63,530 nucleotides of DNA, filler included, from Octopus bimaculoides (GCF_001194135.2; 10 parts of 9 records of this genome joined end to end with filler, not necessarily neighbours in it), one strand, 5' to 3'. Positions 49,977-63,530 are shown, counted from the whole stretch's first letter. The notes: generated by a model from the sequence alone, not told the origin. Numbers and translations are program-made.

Positions 49977-50210
49977 CGTATTTTAATGACATTTTTAATA
50001 ATGTATTAGTCATATTTTTATGAGATACCAATTATATTTTAAAGACATTTCTATCGTATTTTAAGGATGTGTGAAGCGTATTTTAATGAGATATCAGTCG
50101 CATTTTAGATGCATATCAACATTTTAATGGCATACAATCATATTTTATGACGTATTAATCACGCTTTAATGATATACAATCATAATTTAATGACATATCA
50201 ATCATAATTC
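49977..50210. repeat. Degenerate ~22-bp minisatellite (consensus about CATATTTTAATGACATATCAAT, ~10-11 units)
   Basis: Units such as CGTATTTTAATGAGATATCAGT, TATATTTTAAAGACATTTCTAT and CATAATTTAATGACATATCAAT. Confidence 0.7.
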
Positions 50211-50299
50211 AATAAGAAGCAAAAAGCTGTTGATATCGTTGTCATCGTTGTTAATCCGATTAAACCTGATAAATAATTAATCTAACTGACAATCAAAAT

Positions 50300-50620
50300 T
50301 AATCTAACCATGACCATCCCTTCTGCTAGCCATGACTATCCCCGCAGCTATTGCGTCCTTTCTAAAAACACTATGATATAGTTTTGAGAGAGATTTGCTG
50401 CTATTTCTAGCAAAAAATACTGCGATGTAGACGCTGATTCGTCTTTTATAGAGGTGGCACAACTTCTATGTGGTTACCTGAGATGCTAGATATAGCTACT
50501 AAATCTCCTCGAAAAACACTCCCTACAGTTTGAAAAGAGAGATATACGCTGGATATAGTTTTCTAGAGATTATTATTCATAGAGAGGGTGGTCACGGTTG
50601 AAATATCATCGATAATCAAG
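50300..50620. repeat. Abundant unclassified interspersed repeat (GCTGCTATTTCTAGC / ATAGCAGCCAAATCTC family); also at ~850-1010, 2620-2760, 9090-9240, 43090-43270, 55760-55800
   Basis: Recurrent GAGATTTGCTGCTATTTCTAGC and its reverse complement, plus GACCATCCCGTC-like blocks. Confidence 0.6.
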
Positions 50621-50884
50621 CTTCTAGACCGGCGCTGATGGGAGGCTAGACAGCAACTACAGCAACTACAGCAACCACATTCAAGAAGACGAAACAAATG
50701 TGAAAGTAAAATTACTAGTCCATAGATGTAGGATTAAATACTGGGGTATCTAATAACTATTAGAAGTAGAGGAGTGGCGGAATAAACGCCTTGCGGCATT
50801 CTTATATCATGTTGAGTCCTTTTATATAATCCTTTCTACTCTAGGTACAAGGACACATATATATATATATATATATATACATAT

Positions 50885-51030
50885 GTACGATGGGCTTCTT
50901 TCAGTTTCCATCTACCAAATCTATTCACAAGGTTTTTGGTCGGCCCAAGGCTATAGTAGAAGACACTTGCCCAAGGTGTCACACAGTGGGTTCTGAACCC
51001 GGAACCATGTAGTTGAGAAGCAAGCTTCTT
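50885..51030 (-). mobile_element. Family-A SINE
   Basis: ACGATGGGCTTCTTTCAGTTTCCATCTACC..CACTTGCCCAAGGTG..CTGAACCCGGAACCATGT. Confidence 0.85.
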
Positions 51031-52440
51031 ANNNNNNNNNNNNNNNNNNNNNNNNNNNNNNNNNNNNNNNNNNNNNNNNNNNNNNNNNNNNNNNNNNNNN
51101 NNNNNNNNNNNNNNNNNNNNNNNNNNNNNNNNNNNNNNNNNNNNNNNNNNNNNNNNNNNNNTATATATATATACATACATACATACATACATACATACAA
51201 ACATACATACATACATACATATACACACACACACATATATATATATACATACATATAAACATGTATCGATATAAATGTATATTTACGTCTGTACATATAT
51301 GTATATATATATTTACAGCTATACATGTATGTTTATATATGTGTGCATGTGTGTGGGTGTGGGTGTAGGTGTTTATACAGAGAGAGAGATACACACGCAC
51401 ACATACAGACACACACGCATTCACACACACACACATATATAGGTATGTATATTTTTACATGTGTGCGTGTGTATATATATGTATATCTTTTCTGCGCAGC
51501 GTATGCACCTGTGCACACCTAAAGATGCTACTTCCTACATTTCTCTAATTAAAGAATATTGGTTTAAAAAAATACACCGTTTCCAATGAAGGAAATTAAT
51601 ACGAAACCTTTCAACTTTGGAAATGTCGCGACAAGATTCAAATTATTAAATTTAGCTGATTAAATTATTTAATTGTAACTGTATTGACATTATAAGGCGA
51701 CATTTTCTCATCGAAAATTTAAAAAGCATTTCACAACTGGTGTTAAAATCATTTCGGTGTAATTTTTGTTTTACATTAGCGTTAAGAAAATGGATTTCAT
51801 TCATTATTTTTGCTGTTTAATTATTTATCTAAGGCGGAAAAGGAAAATAGTGTCTATAGCATGTTTAGGTTCTTCTATAAAAGTTTTATTATTATCATGT
51901 CTGGATTTTGCTTTGAGTTTGTCTAAGAAGTATTAGAAAATTTTGATTTTTGATAATATGTGAAGAAAGATCGTTTTAGACAGTATTTTTCTTAAGGGCA
52001 CCTATAACTGCGAGTAGTTCTATCCTTCAGTTTCCACATTTTGACAATTAACATTCTCTAAATACTCTACTGCCCTATAACTTAGAGTGTGCTTCTCTTT
52101 CAGATTTATGATTTACTAATTATATATATNNNNNNNNNNNNNNNNNNNNNNNNNNNNNNNNNNNNNNNNNNNNNNNNNNNNNNNNNNNNNNNNNNNNNNN
52201 NNNNNNNNNNNNNNNNNNNNNNNNNNNNNNNNNNNNNNNNNNNNNNNNNNNNNNNNNNNNNNNNNNNNNNNNNNNNNNNNNNNNNNNNNNNNNNNNNNNN
52301 NNNNNNNNNNNNNNNNNNNNNNNNNNNNNNNNNNNNNNNNNNNNNNNNNNNNNNNNNNNNNNNNNNNNNNNNNNNNNNNNNNNNNNNNNNNNNNNNNNNN
52401 NNNNNNNNNNNNNNNNNNNNNNNNNNNNNNNNNNNNNNNN

Positions 52441-52483
<43 letters not shown>

Positions 52484-53379
52484 CACTGATACCCAGCAAT
52501 GATAGAATGAGAAATTGACTTAAAGAACTTTATAACCAACCATTGAAATCAATACATAATACTACCACAGATAGATGTTGATCGTGTTCTGCAATGAACT
52601 TTGAATGAAGTCCGCCATCTTTGTATTTAAATTCATATTAGTTCTTCTAATGATGTTATTAAATACCCATGTATGTACCTTTGTAGAAATCTATCTAATT
52701 AATATAGCTATTATGGTGATTATAAATGAAGTAATTATTTAAAAAGAATCTCACAGACGTTGACTGTATGTCTAGGTGAGTGAATAATCATTTACATAAT
52801 CGAGAAGATGTATATTAATTCACAACGGGTTTATTCAGTTATCATCTACATACAACCACACACTGAGATAAGGCATTAAGATAGATGAATATTCAAAATG
52901 TAATTAACTTTATACAGACTTCCTTCTCAGTTGTTGTGGAGCCATTATTTACAACGTAGTATATTAATGAGATAGAACTTTAGTTAGTCCTCACACATAT
53001 CGATGTAAGCTCGTACACATATACAATCACTAACTCACACGCACGCACACACGCACACACACAAACGAACCCACGTGCACGTACATGCGCAAATATACAA
53101 ACACACATTGTTACTCTTAGCAAACTCATCATAGACTACGATATATCCCCGACCAGTTTTCAGAGGATCGATATAACGTAATCTGGTATAAAACCTTTAT
53201 TTGGGGTTGATCATTAGCCAACATATAGCTGCTACCTTCCTAAACCCAGCAATGAGGCCACTCAGTAACGCCAGGAGTACTGCAATTACTCTTTCTACTA
53301 AGTGATGAGAACACTTTTAAATACATTCACCCAGTTTGTCAATAATTCAATACACTATATACGAACATAATATACATTA

Positions 53380-53425
<46 letters not shown>

Positions 53426-54187
53426 NNNNNNNNNNNNNNNNNNNNNNNNNNNNNNNNNNNNNNNNNNNNTTAATTAATTAANNNNNNNNNNNNNNNNNNN
53501 NNNNNNNNNNNNNNNNNNNNNNNNNATTCTTGGTAGACAATTATTGAACCGACACACCTTAAGAACCAACACATCTCTTTTCTCTATCAAGTTGTCAACA
53601 ACTGTCTCCGTCATCTCCATCACACTCAATTAATACTTAATTATAATTGACACGGAACGTGTTCAGTCTACATCGCCGCCACCCACTTTGGTCCCAAATA
53701 ACTCCTAATATAACTAGATTATACATAAGTGTTCTTACAATATCATTTTAAGGGGTCGGCTCTAGACTACATCAGTGGACAGCTAAAATCTCTAGGGTCA
53801 AGACATGCCAAAGGAATACACACGGCCTTTCACGAACGGTTTGCTGGAAGCGTATTCTTTGGCAATTTCGAATTAAGTCGTTTACAAGACACATAAACAT
53901 GGAAATCGGTTGATTGCTGTCACGTAATTGTGGCGTGTAACTCCGGCTGGCACGTGCTTGCTGTTTATCGTGTTTTTGTTCTTTTTTTTTGTTTTCGTCT
54001 GCTATGTTCTGTACATGTATTGTAGATGTATACATGCGCACACGGACGTTTGCACGTGCGAGCGTACACAGACACGCATTCACACAAACACAAACAGGTA
54101 CACTAACAGGGCTACAGATGTTTGTATGCGCGTGAGTGAGTGAGTGTGTGTGTGTGTGTGTATTTGTGTGTCCGTGTCCGTACATTT

Positions 54188-54265
<78 letters not shown>

Positions 54266-54472
54266 GAGAGTGTAGAAGAGAAAGAGAGAGAGACAGATTG
54301 ACAGAGTGATGCAGAAATCCGTACTTAAATGTATGTACATGTCTATATATACATATGCATATGTACATATGTACGTGCGCGTGCGCGTGCATGAAATTAT
54401 TAATTACATGCGTGGATACAAACAAGCATACATGGACACATAATACACAACCATATATATGTATATACGCAG

Positions 54473-54521
<49 letters not shown>

Positions 54522-54555
54522 ATGTAGGGTCTCTATAATTGGAAGTATGTATGCA

Positions 54556-54589
<34 letters not shown>

Positions 54590-54693
54590 CTTATATATAT
54601 ATACACATATATATATATACGTATATAAATGCATATATACATACGCACATACATGCATACATGCATATATATATATTTATACATACATAATAC

Positions 54694-54742
<49 letters not shown>

Positions 54743-54967
54743 CATACATACATTATGTGCGCATGTGTCTGTATATGTAAATGTATGTATGTACTCGTAG
54801 ACTCAAACTGATATACACGTATATATTTATATTTTGTGTTATTTTTTCTCTGGTATGTTCCATACAAGCATTGGAGATGTATACATGTGCAATCAGACGT
54901 TTGCATGTGCGAACGCACACAGACACGCATTCACACAAACATATACAAACGGGGCTACATATATATA

Positions 54968-55130
54968 GGCACAGGAGAGGCTGTTTGGTAAGTAGCTTGC
55001 TTCCCAACCACATTGTTCCGGGTTCAGTCCCACTGCGTGGAACCTTGGGCGAGTGTCTTCATCTATAGCCTCAGGCCGACCAAAGCCTTGTGGATGGACT
55101 TGGTTGACGGAAAACTGAAAGAAGCCCGTC

Positions 55131-55135
<5 letters not shown>
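54968..55135 (+). mobile_element. Family-A SINE head and core followed by (TA)n
   Basis: GGCTGTTTGGTAAGTAGCTTGCTTCCCAACCAC..GGGTTCAGTCCCACTGCG..AAGAAGCCCGTCG. Confidence 0.85.
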
Positions 55136-55182
<47 letters not shown>

Positions 55183-55924
55183 AATAATATATAAATATAT
55201 GCATATATACATACATATATGTACATACCTACATATATATGTATATATTCATGCATATATGGGTACAGGACATAAAAGAAACGTGGACAGAGTACGAAAC
55301 GAGAACATAAAAAACAAAAACATAGAAAACGAACTTCTTTTCGAACAACGAAAGAAACAAATAGAGAAACGAGACAAGCAACATAAAGAACATTCCCTTC
55401 ATCAGTTGTCCCCTGTTTTATCTACTCTGAGTTTCGAAGGTAGGGACAAGACGCGACTTCGTTAAAACAGTCCTTCCCGCAAAGCAAATTAAAGAAAATT
55501 TATATAAAGTGAGGGGGTACAAACACAGACACACAAACACGTACACACATATGCATACATACATACATACATACGTACATACATACATATTTATATATAT
55601 ATGTGTGTGTGTGTGTGAATGTACATGTGCTTATATGTTTGTATGTGTGTGTGTATGTGTATATGTCTGTGTGTCTGTGTTTGTCCCCCCACTTTCACTT
55701 GACAACCGATGTTAGTGTATTTATGTCCCCGTAAATTAGTGGTTCGGCAGAATGACAACATGGTATAATTTGAGATAAAATCTAGTTGCTATTTCTAGTG
55801 CGTTCATCAAACACGTAGAGTTTCGTACGTAGGTTCAGCACACTTTTCTTTGTGTCAGTGGTGTGTGCAAAGACGAAGATTTCGCTGTTATTTTTTGCAT
55901 ATTATGTGACCATGTAGAACAATC

Positions 55925-56063
55925 ATGGACAGCCTGCGGCCCACAGGACTTTCCGAATGGCACACCTTGCGAAAAATTACCTGGAAATCTTTAATAGGGC
56001 AGCCGGCCTGAAAATGAGCAACGTCTCATGCGGCCTGCTTCTCGAAAAAGTTTACTCACGCCT
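55925..56063 (+). mobile_element. Possible hAT (Charlie-like) MITE remnant
   Basis: GCCTGCGGCCC and ATGCGGCC motifs, ending AAAAGTTTACTCACGCCTG, which resembles an hAT right TIR. No left TIR was found. Confidence 0.35.
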
Positions 56064-56873
56064 GACTCAGAGCTCTCCTTCGATCCATAGTTATTGAATT
56101 CCATGCACCGCTTATGACTGACGTCTATGCCGTGGTCATGTGACATGTTTATCATTAGTCAATCCAAGCGCCATTTTGTTTTCCAGCTAAATTTGTTAAT
56201 TTATCAAATTTCTTTCGTTAAAAATCAGTTTAACGAATATTTTTTTTATATTAATTAACGGGTTTCTGTTATATTAATGAACAAGCTTCTGTCATTTCAA
56301 TTAACAGGTTTTTGTCATATTAATTAACAAGAATATCTTAGAATCACAATGTTTTCTGGATTTTGAGTATTATGTTAGTTTTATAACTTACTGCACGCAT
56401 AAACACAAATACACCCACACATACATACACACAGGCATACATACATACATGCATACACATGTTTTTTATTCTTTTATTGATTTCAGTCATTTCACTGCGG
56501 CCATGCTGGAGCACCGCCTTAGTAAAAGTTTACAAGTGGCCCATGCATCTGTGCATTCACCTTTTCATCCATCTATTCATCAATCCATCTACCCGCTATA
56601 CACATACATACATACATGCACACATACATGCATATACACATACGTATACACATACGGACAGTGATCACGTGGTAGAGGAGGAAAGGAGTTGAAGAGGGCA
56701 GAGGGACTAAGGGATAGGATAGAGAGGAAAGAAAACATAGGGACCAAAGAACAAGAGGGAGGGGGAAAGAGAGAAAAGGTACAAGTGAGATCCCTGACCT
56801 GACAGTGCTATCGAGGGGCACTGCCAGTTAAAGATGTACTCTACAGGTACGGAAGCGCCGTCAGGTGGCACTG

Positions 56874-56941
56874 CGATGATGATGATGATGATGATGACGG
56901 TGATGATGATGTTGTTGATGATGATGATGATGATGATAATG

Positions 56942-56979
<38 letters not shown>

Positions 56980-57010
56980 TACAATAATAAAAATTAAAAT
57001 AATGATGATG

Positions 57011-57075
<65 letters not shown>
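56874..57075 (+). repeat. (GAT)n-(AAT)n compound microsatellite
   Basis: Seen directly. Confidence 0.95.
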
Positions 57076-57076
<1 letters not shown>

Positions 57077-58420
57077 GTGAATCGAATGAAATAATAATTC
57101 AAATGTTACCAAATTGATTTGTGTGTATTCTATGAGAGTCTGTGAGAAGTTGAAAAAAGTATAACAATCCCAGCTAAATTAATTATGTTGTATTTGACGT
57201 AAACAACAACAAGAAGAACAACAACAACAACAATAATAATAATAGCAACTGCAACAACAGCAACAACTGCTGCGAGAATAATAAGAAACGAATAAAAAAA
57301 GAAATGCACCAACAACAATAACAACAATAACAACGACGCTTGTAGTATCTTAAACAGCAGCAGCAAGAACAACAGGAAGAACAACAACCGTAGTTAGAGT
57401 TATAAGAAAGGAGGAAAAAATATAAACAAACAACAACTGCATGTAACAAGAATAAGATGAACATCGGGGACATGAAGCAAAATATAAACAGCATGAAGGT
57501 TAAGATCGACAAGAGAAACAATGAGAGTAGCAGTAGTAGTAGTAGTAGTAGTAGCCTGGATAACGGTAGTGACATCAGCAGCAGCGTCAACAGCAGCTTG
57601 AGAATTTAAAGTCACGGCAACAGTTGTTGTTGTTGTTGGNNNNNNNNNNNNNNNNNNNNNNNNNNNNNNNNNNNNNNNNNNNNTTAATTAATTAANNNNN
57701 NNNNNNNNNNNNNNNNNNNNNNNNNNNNNNNNNNNNNNNTATATATATATATATATGCATATACATGTATATATGTGTGTGTGTACGTGTAACAGAGATA
57801 GTGTGCGAGAAAGAGTGTACGTACATATGTATTTTGTTTTATAATATTTTGCTGACTGCAGGGGTGAGGTGTGGAACATTCTAAAATATGACGCGATTTG
57901 TTTAGAACCTATATCGAGAATGTAATCCGTTGCTCTGACTTTGCAAGCGAACATGATCTTAGGAATATCTTGTTGCTCGAAGCAGAGCAAGAACAAAAAT
58001 GTAAAAAAAAAAAAATGTAATGCAATAACACGATGATGTTAGTTTTTATTCCTTGCGGATGTAATTAAATATATCTAGAGTGATGATAAAATAATTAAAA
58101 AACATAGATGAGAAAAAAAACAGCATTTAGTATACGAATTTATACTTACATAAGTCCAGTTTCTTTTTAGCGCTCGACAGCCTTTCATGATATGTTTTTT
58201 TCTAGTATATATTACATGTATATATGTGGTCATATCAGTGCGTATATGTGTATCTTTGTATATTTACATTAAAAACGATGTGTGTACGTTTTTGCAAACA
58301 TGAGTTTATTTAATCCTCAAAATCAGTAAATAAATAAATTTATATATCTAGTATCGTCTCTGCAGACAAACTGATATATGTGTATGCACACATACGCATT
58401 TTCACATCTATATATCTATT

Positions 58421-58471
<51 letters not shown>

Positions 58472-58576
58472 TTATCTATCTACCTATCCAATATCTTTCG
58501 CTGTGCGTCTCTCTCTCCCTCTCTCTGCATATTTAGATAGATATATCTCCATATCTATATTTAGATATATAGAAAT

Positions 58577-58646
<70 letters not shown>

Positions 58647-58725
58647 AATTGTAACATTTATTAATGAACATATAATCCATATGTATATATAATCGTAACA
58701 TATGTATATGTATTTTTACATACAT

Positions 58726-58799
<74 letters not shown>

Positions 58800-59341
58800 A
58801 AGAGTATGTTTGTAAGTACTCTAAATTCAACATTTTCTTTTCAACAAACCACTACATCGACTGAGCTATATAAATGCATTAGACAGTATACTACATAAAA
58901 ATAAATACAACATAACATACCGAAAAAAATCTGTCTGATGTCTTATCCGCTGAGTGAACGAAAAGCGCATCAATGTGCCATGATTATTAATAAATGTTAC
59001 AATTATAAATATATAAATAACCTTCTTGGCAAAAACTTGACAGAAAATAGTCTTTATCGGAATTTTCATTTTGCCTGTATTCGTATACCTAGCATGAAAG
59101 ATAAACGATAGTGCTATTAAAAACGTTCGACTGACTAAATTATATTAATAGAGAGGAAATTTGTGGTTTCTAAGTTGTAAGAATATTTAATGTAAATATA
59201 TTTATATTAGCTCTGCAACATTTTTGATGTAGTACAGAGCGAGTATGTCATCAGATATTAAGGCAACATTTTATTAGCTCGAGTAGTACCGATATTATGT
59301 GATTGTATACACACACACCCATACATACATACATACATACA

Positions 59342-59374
<33 letters not shown>

Positions 59375-59544
59375 GCATACATACATACATATGCATATTA
59401 TGTATGCATGCATACACACACACAAACATACACATCCAAACATATGAGAAATAGTTACTTAGATACCTACACATTTATTATGCGTACATTAGACCGAAGG
59501 TTATTGATATACAGCCTAGTTTATGGACAATATGTATATATCCC

Positions 59545-59603
<59 letters not shown>

Positions 59604-59870
59604 NNNNNNNNNNNNNNNNNNNNNNNNNNNNNNNNNNNNNNNNNNNNTTAATTAATTAANNNNNNNNNNNNNNNNNNNNNNNNNNNNNNNNNNNNNNNNN
59701 NNNATGGAGACATCCAGTTGAGCGTGGAGGCGGTTTTTATCGGTTGTCTGTTGATGAATTTTTCGTAGAGAAGCAATCAATTTTCCTCGTGTGTTATCGT
59801 TTTCGAGAGGCTAATTGCAGAATCGAATCTCTCCTTGAAATATGCATCTTTTTTTAAAAAACGTTTTTTT

Positions 59871-62106
59871 GGGGGGGATTCCTACGTTTTAGATGTAGGA
59901 GACTACGATTATGCAAAAAAAAAGACAATCCCACCTTTACAAATTATATATATACTCTTTGTACGTACGTACATACATACATACATACATACATACAAAA
60001 ATACATACATGCATACATACATACGTACGGACGTACGTACGTACATATATACATGCATACATACGTACATATATATATATATACGTTCGTTATTTCGGAC
60101 GTACGTACGTATGTACGTTCATTCGTTTGTTCGTTCATTCGATCGTTCGTTCGGTCGTTTGTGTGTACGTACGTATGTTCGTTCGATCGTTCGTACGTAC
60201 GTATGTACGTACGTTTGTTCATTCATTCATTCATTCGTCCGTTCGTTCGATATTTCGTACCCACGTACATACGTACGTACGTTCGTTCGATCGTTCGTTC
60301 CTACGTACGTACGTTCGATCTTTAGTTCTTTCGTTCTTACGTACGATCTTTAGGTCGTTCGTTCTTACGTACGTACATACGTACGTACGTACGTACATAC
60401 GTACGTACATACGTACGTACATACGTACGTACATACGTACGTACATACGTACGTACGTACGTTCGTTCGTGTGATCGTTTGATCATTCGTTTGTTCGTTC
60501 GTTCATTCGTTCGTTCGTTTGTACGTACGTACGTAGTACAATCGTTCATTCGTTCGTAGGTACGTACGTTCGATCGTTCGTTCGTTCGTTCGTACGTACG
60601 CACGTACGTTCGTTTGTACGTTCATTCGTTCGTTCTTTAATTCGTACGTATGTACTTACGTACGTTCGTTCGTTTGTACGTACGTACGTAAGTTCATTCT
60701 TTCGTTCGTTCGTACGTACGTACGTTCGTTCGTTTGTACGTTCGTACGTACGTACGGTCGTTCGTTCCTATGTACGTACATACGTTCGTTCCGTCGTACG
60801 GTTTTTCGGACGGACGTATGTACGTACGTACGTATGTACGTACGTAAGAACGAACGAACTAAAGATCGTACGTAAGAACGAAAGAACTAAAGATCGAACG
60901 TACGTACGTAGGAACGAACGATCGAACGAACGAACGAAGGGACGAACGAACGTACGTACGTATGTACGTGGGTACGAAATATCGAACGAACGTACGTACG
61001 AACGAACGAACGAACGGACGAATGAATGAATGAATGAACGATCGAACGAACAAAAGAACTACGTACGTATGAACGAAAGAACGAACGTATGTACGTACGA
61101 ACGAGGTAAAGAACGAAATGAACGAACGAACGAAAAAACCAACGAACGAACGTACGCATGTACGTACGTACATACGTACGAATGAATGAACGAATGAACG
61201 TACGTACGTCCGTCCGTCCGAAAGAACGTACGAAGGAACGAACTATGTACGTACATAGGAACGAACGAACGACCGTACAAACGAACGTACGTACGTACGA
61301 AGAAACGAACGAACGAAAGAATGAACGTACGTACGTACGTACAAACGAACGAACGTACGTACGAACTAAAGAACGAACGATCGTACGAACGAACGAAAGA
61401 ACGAACGAACGTACGTACGAACGTACAAACGAACGTAAGTACGAACGAACGATCGAACGCACGTACGAACAACCGAACGAATGTAAGAACGTATGTACCT
61501 ACGAACGAATAAACGATCGTACTACGTACGTACGTACAAAGGAATGAACGAACGAATGAACGAACGAACGAATGATCAAACGATCGCACGAACGAACGAA
61601 CGTATGTAAGAACGAACGAACGTATGTAAGAACGAACGAACTAAAGATCGTACGTAAGAACGAAGGAACTAAAGGTCGAACGTACGTACGTAGGAACGAA
61701 CGATCGAACGAACGAACGAACGAACGTACGTACGTATGTACGTGGGTACGAAATATCGAACGAACGTACGTACGAACGAACGGACGAATGAATGAATGAA
61801 TGAACAAACGTACGTACGAACGACCGAACGAACATACGTACGTACATACAAACGAACGAACGAACGATCGAATGAACGAACAAACGAATGAACGTACATA
61901 CGTACGTACGTCCGAACTAACGAACGTATATATATATGTACGTATGTATGCATGTATATATGTACGTACGCACGCCCGTACGTATGTATGTATGTATGTA
62001 TGTATGTACGTACGTACAAAGAGTATATATATAATTTGTAAAGGTGGGATTGTTTTTTTTTACATAATCGTAGTCTCCTACATCTAAAACGTAGGAATCC
62101 CCCCCC
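59871..62106. mobile_element. Foldback-type long inverted repeat with a unique ~90-bp outer domain and tetranucleotide-subrepeat arms
   Basis: 59871-59960 is the reverse complement of 62018-62106 apart from 2 differences. The arms switch from TTCG/TTCA-rich to CGAA/TGAA-rich at about 60845. No ORF. Confidence 0.75.
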
Positions 62107-62206
62107 NNNNNNNNNNNNNNNNNNNNNNNNNNNNNNNNNNNNNNNNNNNNTTAATTAATTAANNNNNNNNNNNNNNNNNNNNNNNNNNNNNNNNNNNNNN
62201 NNNNNN

Positions 62207-62511
62207 TGCAAGTGGCTGAGCACTCCACAGACACGTGTACCCTTAACGTAGTTCTCGGGGATATTCAGTGTGACACAGTGTGACAAGGCTGACCCTTTGA
62301 ATTACAGGCACAACAGAAACAGGAAGTAAGAGTGAGAGAAAATTGTGGTGAAAGAGTACAGCAGGATTCGCCACCATCCCCCTGTCGGAGCTTCGTGGAG
62401 CTTTAGGTGTTTTCGCTCAATAAACACTCACAACGCCCGGTCTGGGAATCGAAACCGCGATCCTATGACTGCGAGTCCGCTGCCCTAACCACTGGGCCAT
62501 TGCGCCTCCAC
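62207..62511 (-). mobile_element. tRNA-derived SINE, family B (near full length)
   Basis: The minus-strand head GGAGGCGCAATGGCCCAGTGGTTAGGGCAGCGGACTCGCAGTCATAGGATCGCGGTTTCGATTCCC carries Pol III A and B boxes. Confidence 0.88.
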
Positions 62512-62569
62512 ATAGTGCATCTAGGAATACATTACCCAACATGTATAATAGTTTCTAGCATTATTGACT

Positions 62570-62965
62570 ATAGTTGTTGATGTCATTGTTGTTTAACCCT
62601 AGGTCAGCTCAATCCTGTCCCAGCATATTTATGATCAAAGATGTTCCAGAAATGACTATCCCGTCTTTTTCTCAAAGATAGTATTACTGGATACAGTTGT
62701 TGCTTAACCCTATGATTCTTCTTACCTAGCAGACTTCTAACCAAAAGTATTCCAGTCGTGACCATCACGTCTTTAGAATTTTCAACCTACACTCGTACAA
62801 TTCTCCTCTCTTCTTTTAAGACGATATCGTTGTGACTTGATGCAAATTTAGCTGCTATTTCTCGCAAGTCGATCAATTGCACAGAAACTCCAATGCTATG
62901 TCGATTCGTGCCAGGAATGATTACAATTCCAAAGAAAACTTAGCTGCTATTTCTAACAAATCTAG
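62570..62965 (-). repeat. Copies of the GCTGCTATTTCTAGC interspersed repeat family
   Basis: TTTAGCTGCTATTTCT appears twice, plus GACTATCCCGTC and GACCATCACGTC blocks. Confidence 0.6.
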
Positions 62966-63460
62966 TAACTACCTAGGGGTTTTTACGTCGACTCGCATTC
63001 ACAGCATTCGGCCATTTTAGATTCTTTTTTCAACAAATTTACGTAATGCACGACGCCATTGAATGCCAGCCATATCTTCACTTCGTTTCTCTATGGCTCT
63101 GACAACAATCTGCAAATAAGTATTTTTTCTTTCCTCCTCCTGTGTCCTTCATTCACCTCTTTCCCATTCCCTCTCTCCCTCTTTCTTTCTCCGTTTCTTT
63201 CACGCTTGGTCTCTCTATTTCTGTATCTACCTCGGTCTCTGGCTCTCTCTCTCTCCTTCTCTCTACTCAATGGGAAGCACTTAATCTAATAATGAGAGCC
63301 TCCTTACCCAAAAAATGGTTTATTATCCTTGGCATCGCTCTCTTTACAGATTTACCAAGAATTCCAAAGCAATAAATAATACAATATACAGACACACGTA
63401 CACGCACATACTCACAGAAACGCACATTCACACATACACACATACCATACGCACACACGC

Positions 63461-63530
<70 letters not shown>

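Noticed and set aside
59835-62087. Many overlapping RSFV/RTNE/YVRT ORFs on both strands
   Set aside because: These follow from tetranucleotide repeats lacking stop codons. There is no domain signal.
62420-62511. tRNA gene-like sequence with A and B boxes
   Set aside because: It continues into a SINE body and tail and recurs at 4916-4957. It is a SINE head, not a tRNA gene.

Overview
AT-rich, microsatellite- and SINE-dense animal DNA. From recalled SINE families it is most likely an octopus (coleoid cephalopod); this is not verified. The window is not one continuous locus. Nine artificial 100-bp spacers (44 N + TTAATTAATTAA + 44 N) join ten separate contigs, so adjacency across spacers means nothing. 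There are also many N gaps and overlap duplications at 10-N gaps. The only recognisable host gene is the last two coding exons of GATD3/ES1 (3675-3828, 5759-5884), separated by a minor-spliceosome (U12) intron with apparent AT-AT termini. The rest is mobile-element debris: an internally deleted Helitron, CR1/L2-like and RTE LINE fragments, a Penelope-like element (RT + GIY-YIG), Tc1 and mariner remnants, and three or more tRNA-SINE families. The most interesting observations are five. (1) A ~2.07-kb ORF1-only, hairpin-rich, L1/Tx1-like non-autonomous retroelement inserted into a SINE head with an apparent TSD (15946-18015). (2) A ~2.2-kb foldback built on a 4-nt CpG-rich repeat lattice (59871-62106). 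(3) The U12 AT-AT intron. (4) A minimal hammerhead ribozyme with a core variant (27753-27795). (5) A 37-bp imperfect inverted repeat at a splice acceptor that could be an ADAR substrate (32097-32276). Nearly all long ORFs in the supplied track are microsatellite or N-gap artefacts.
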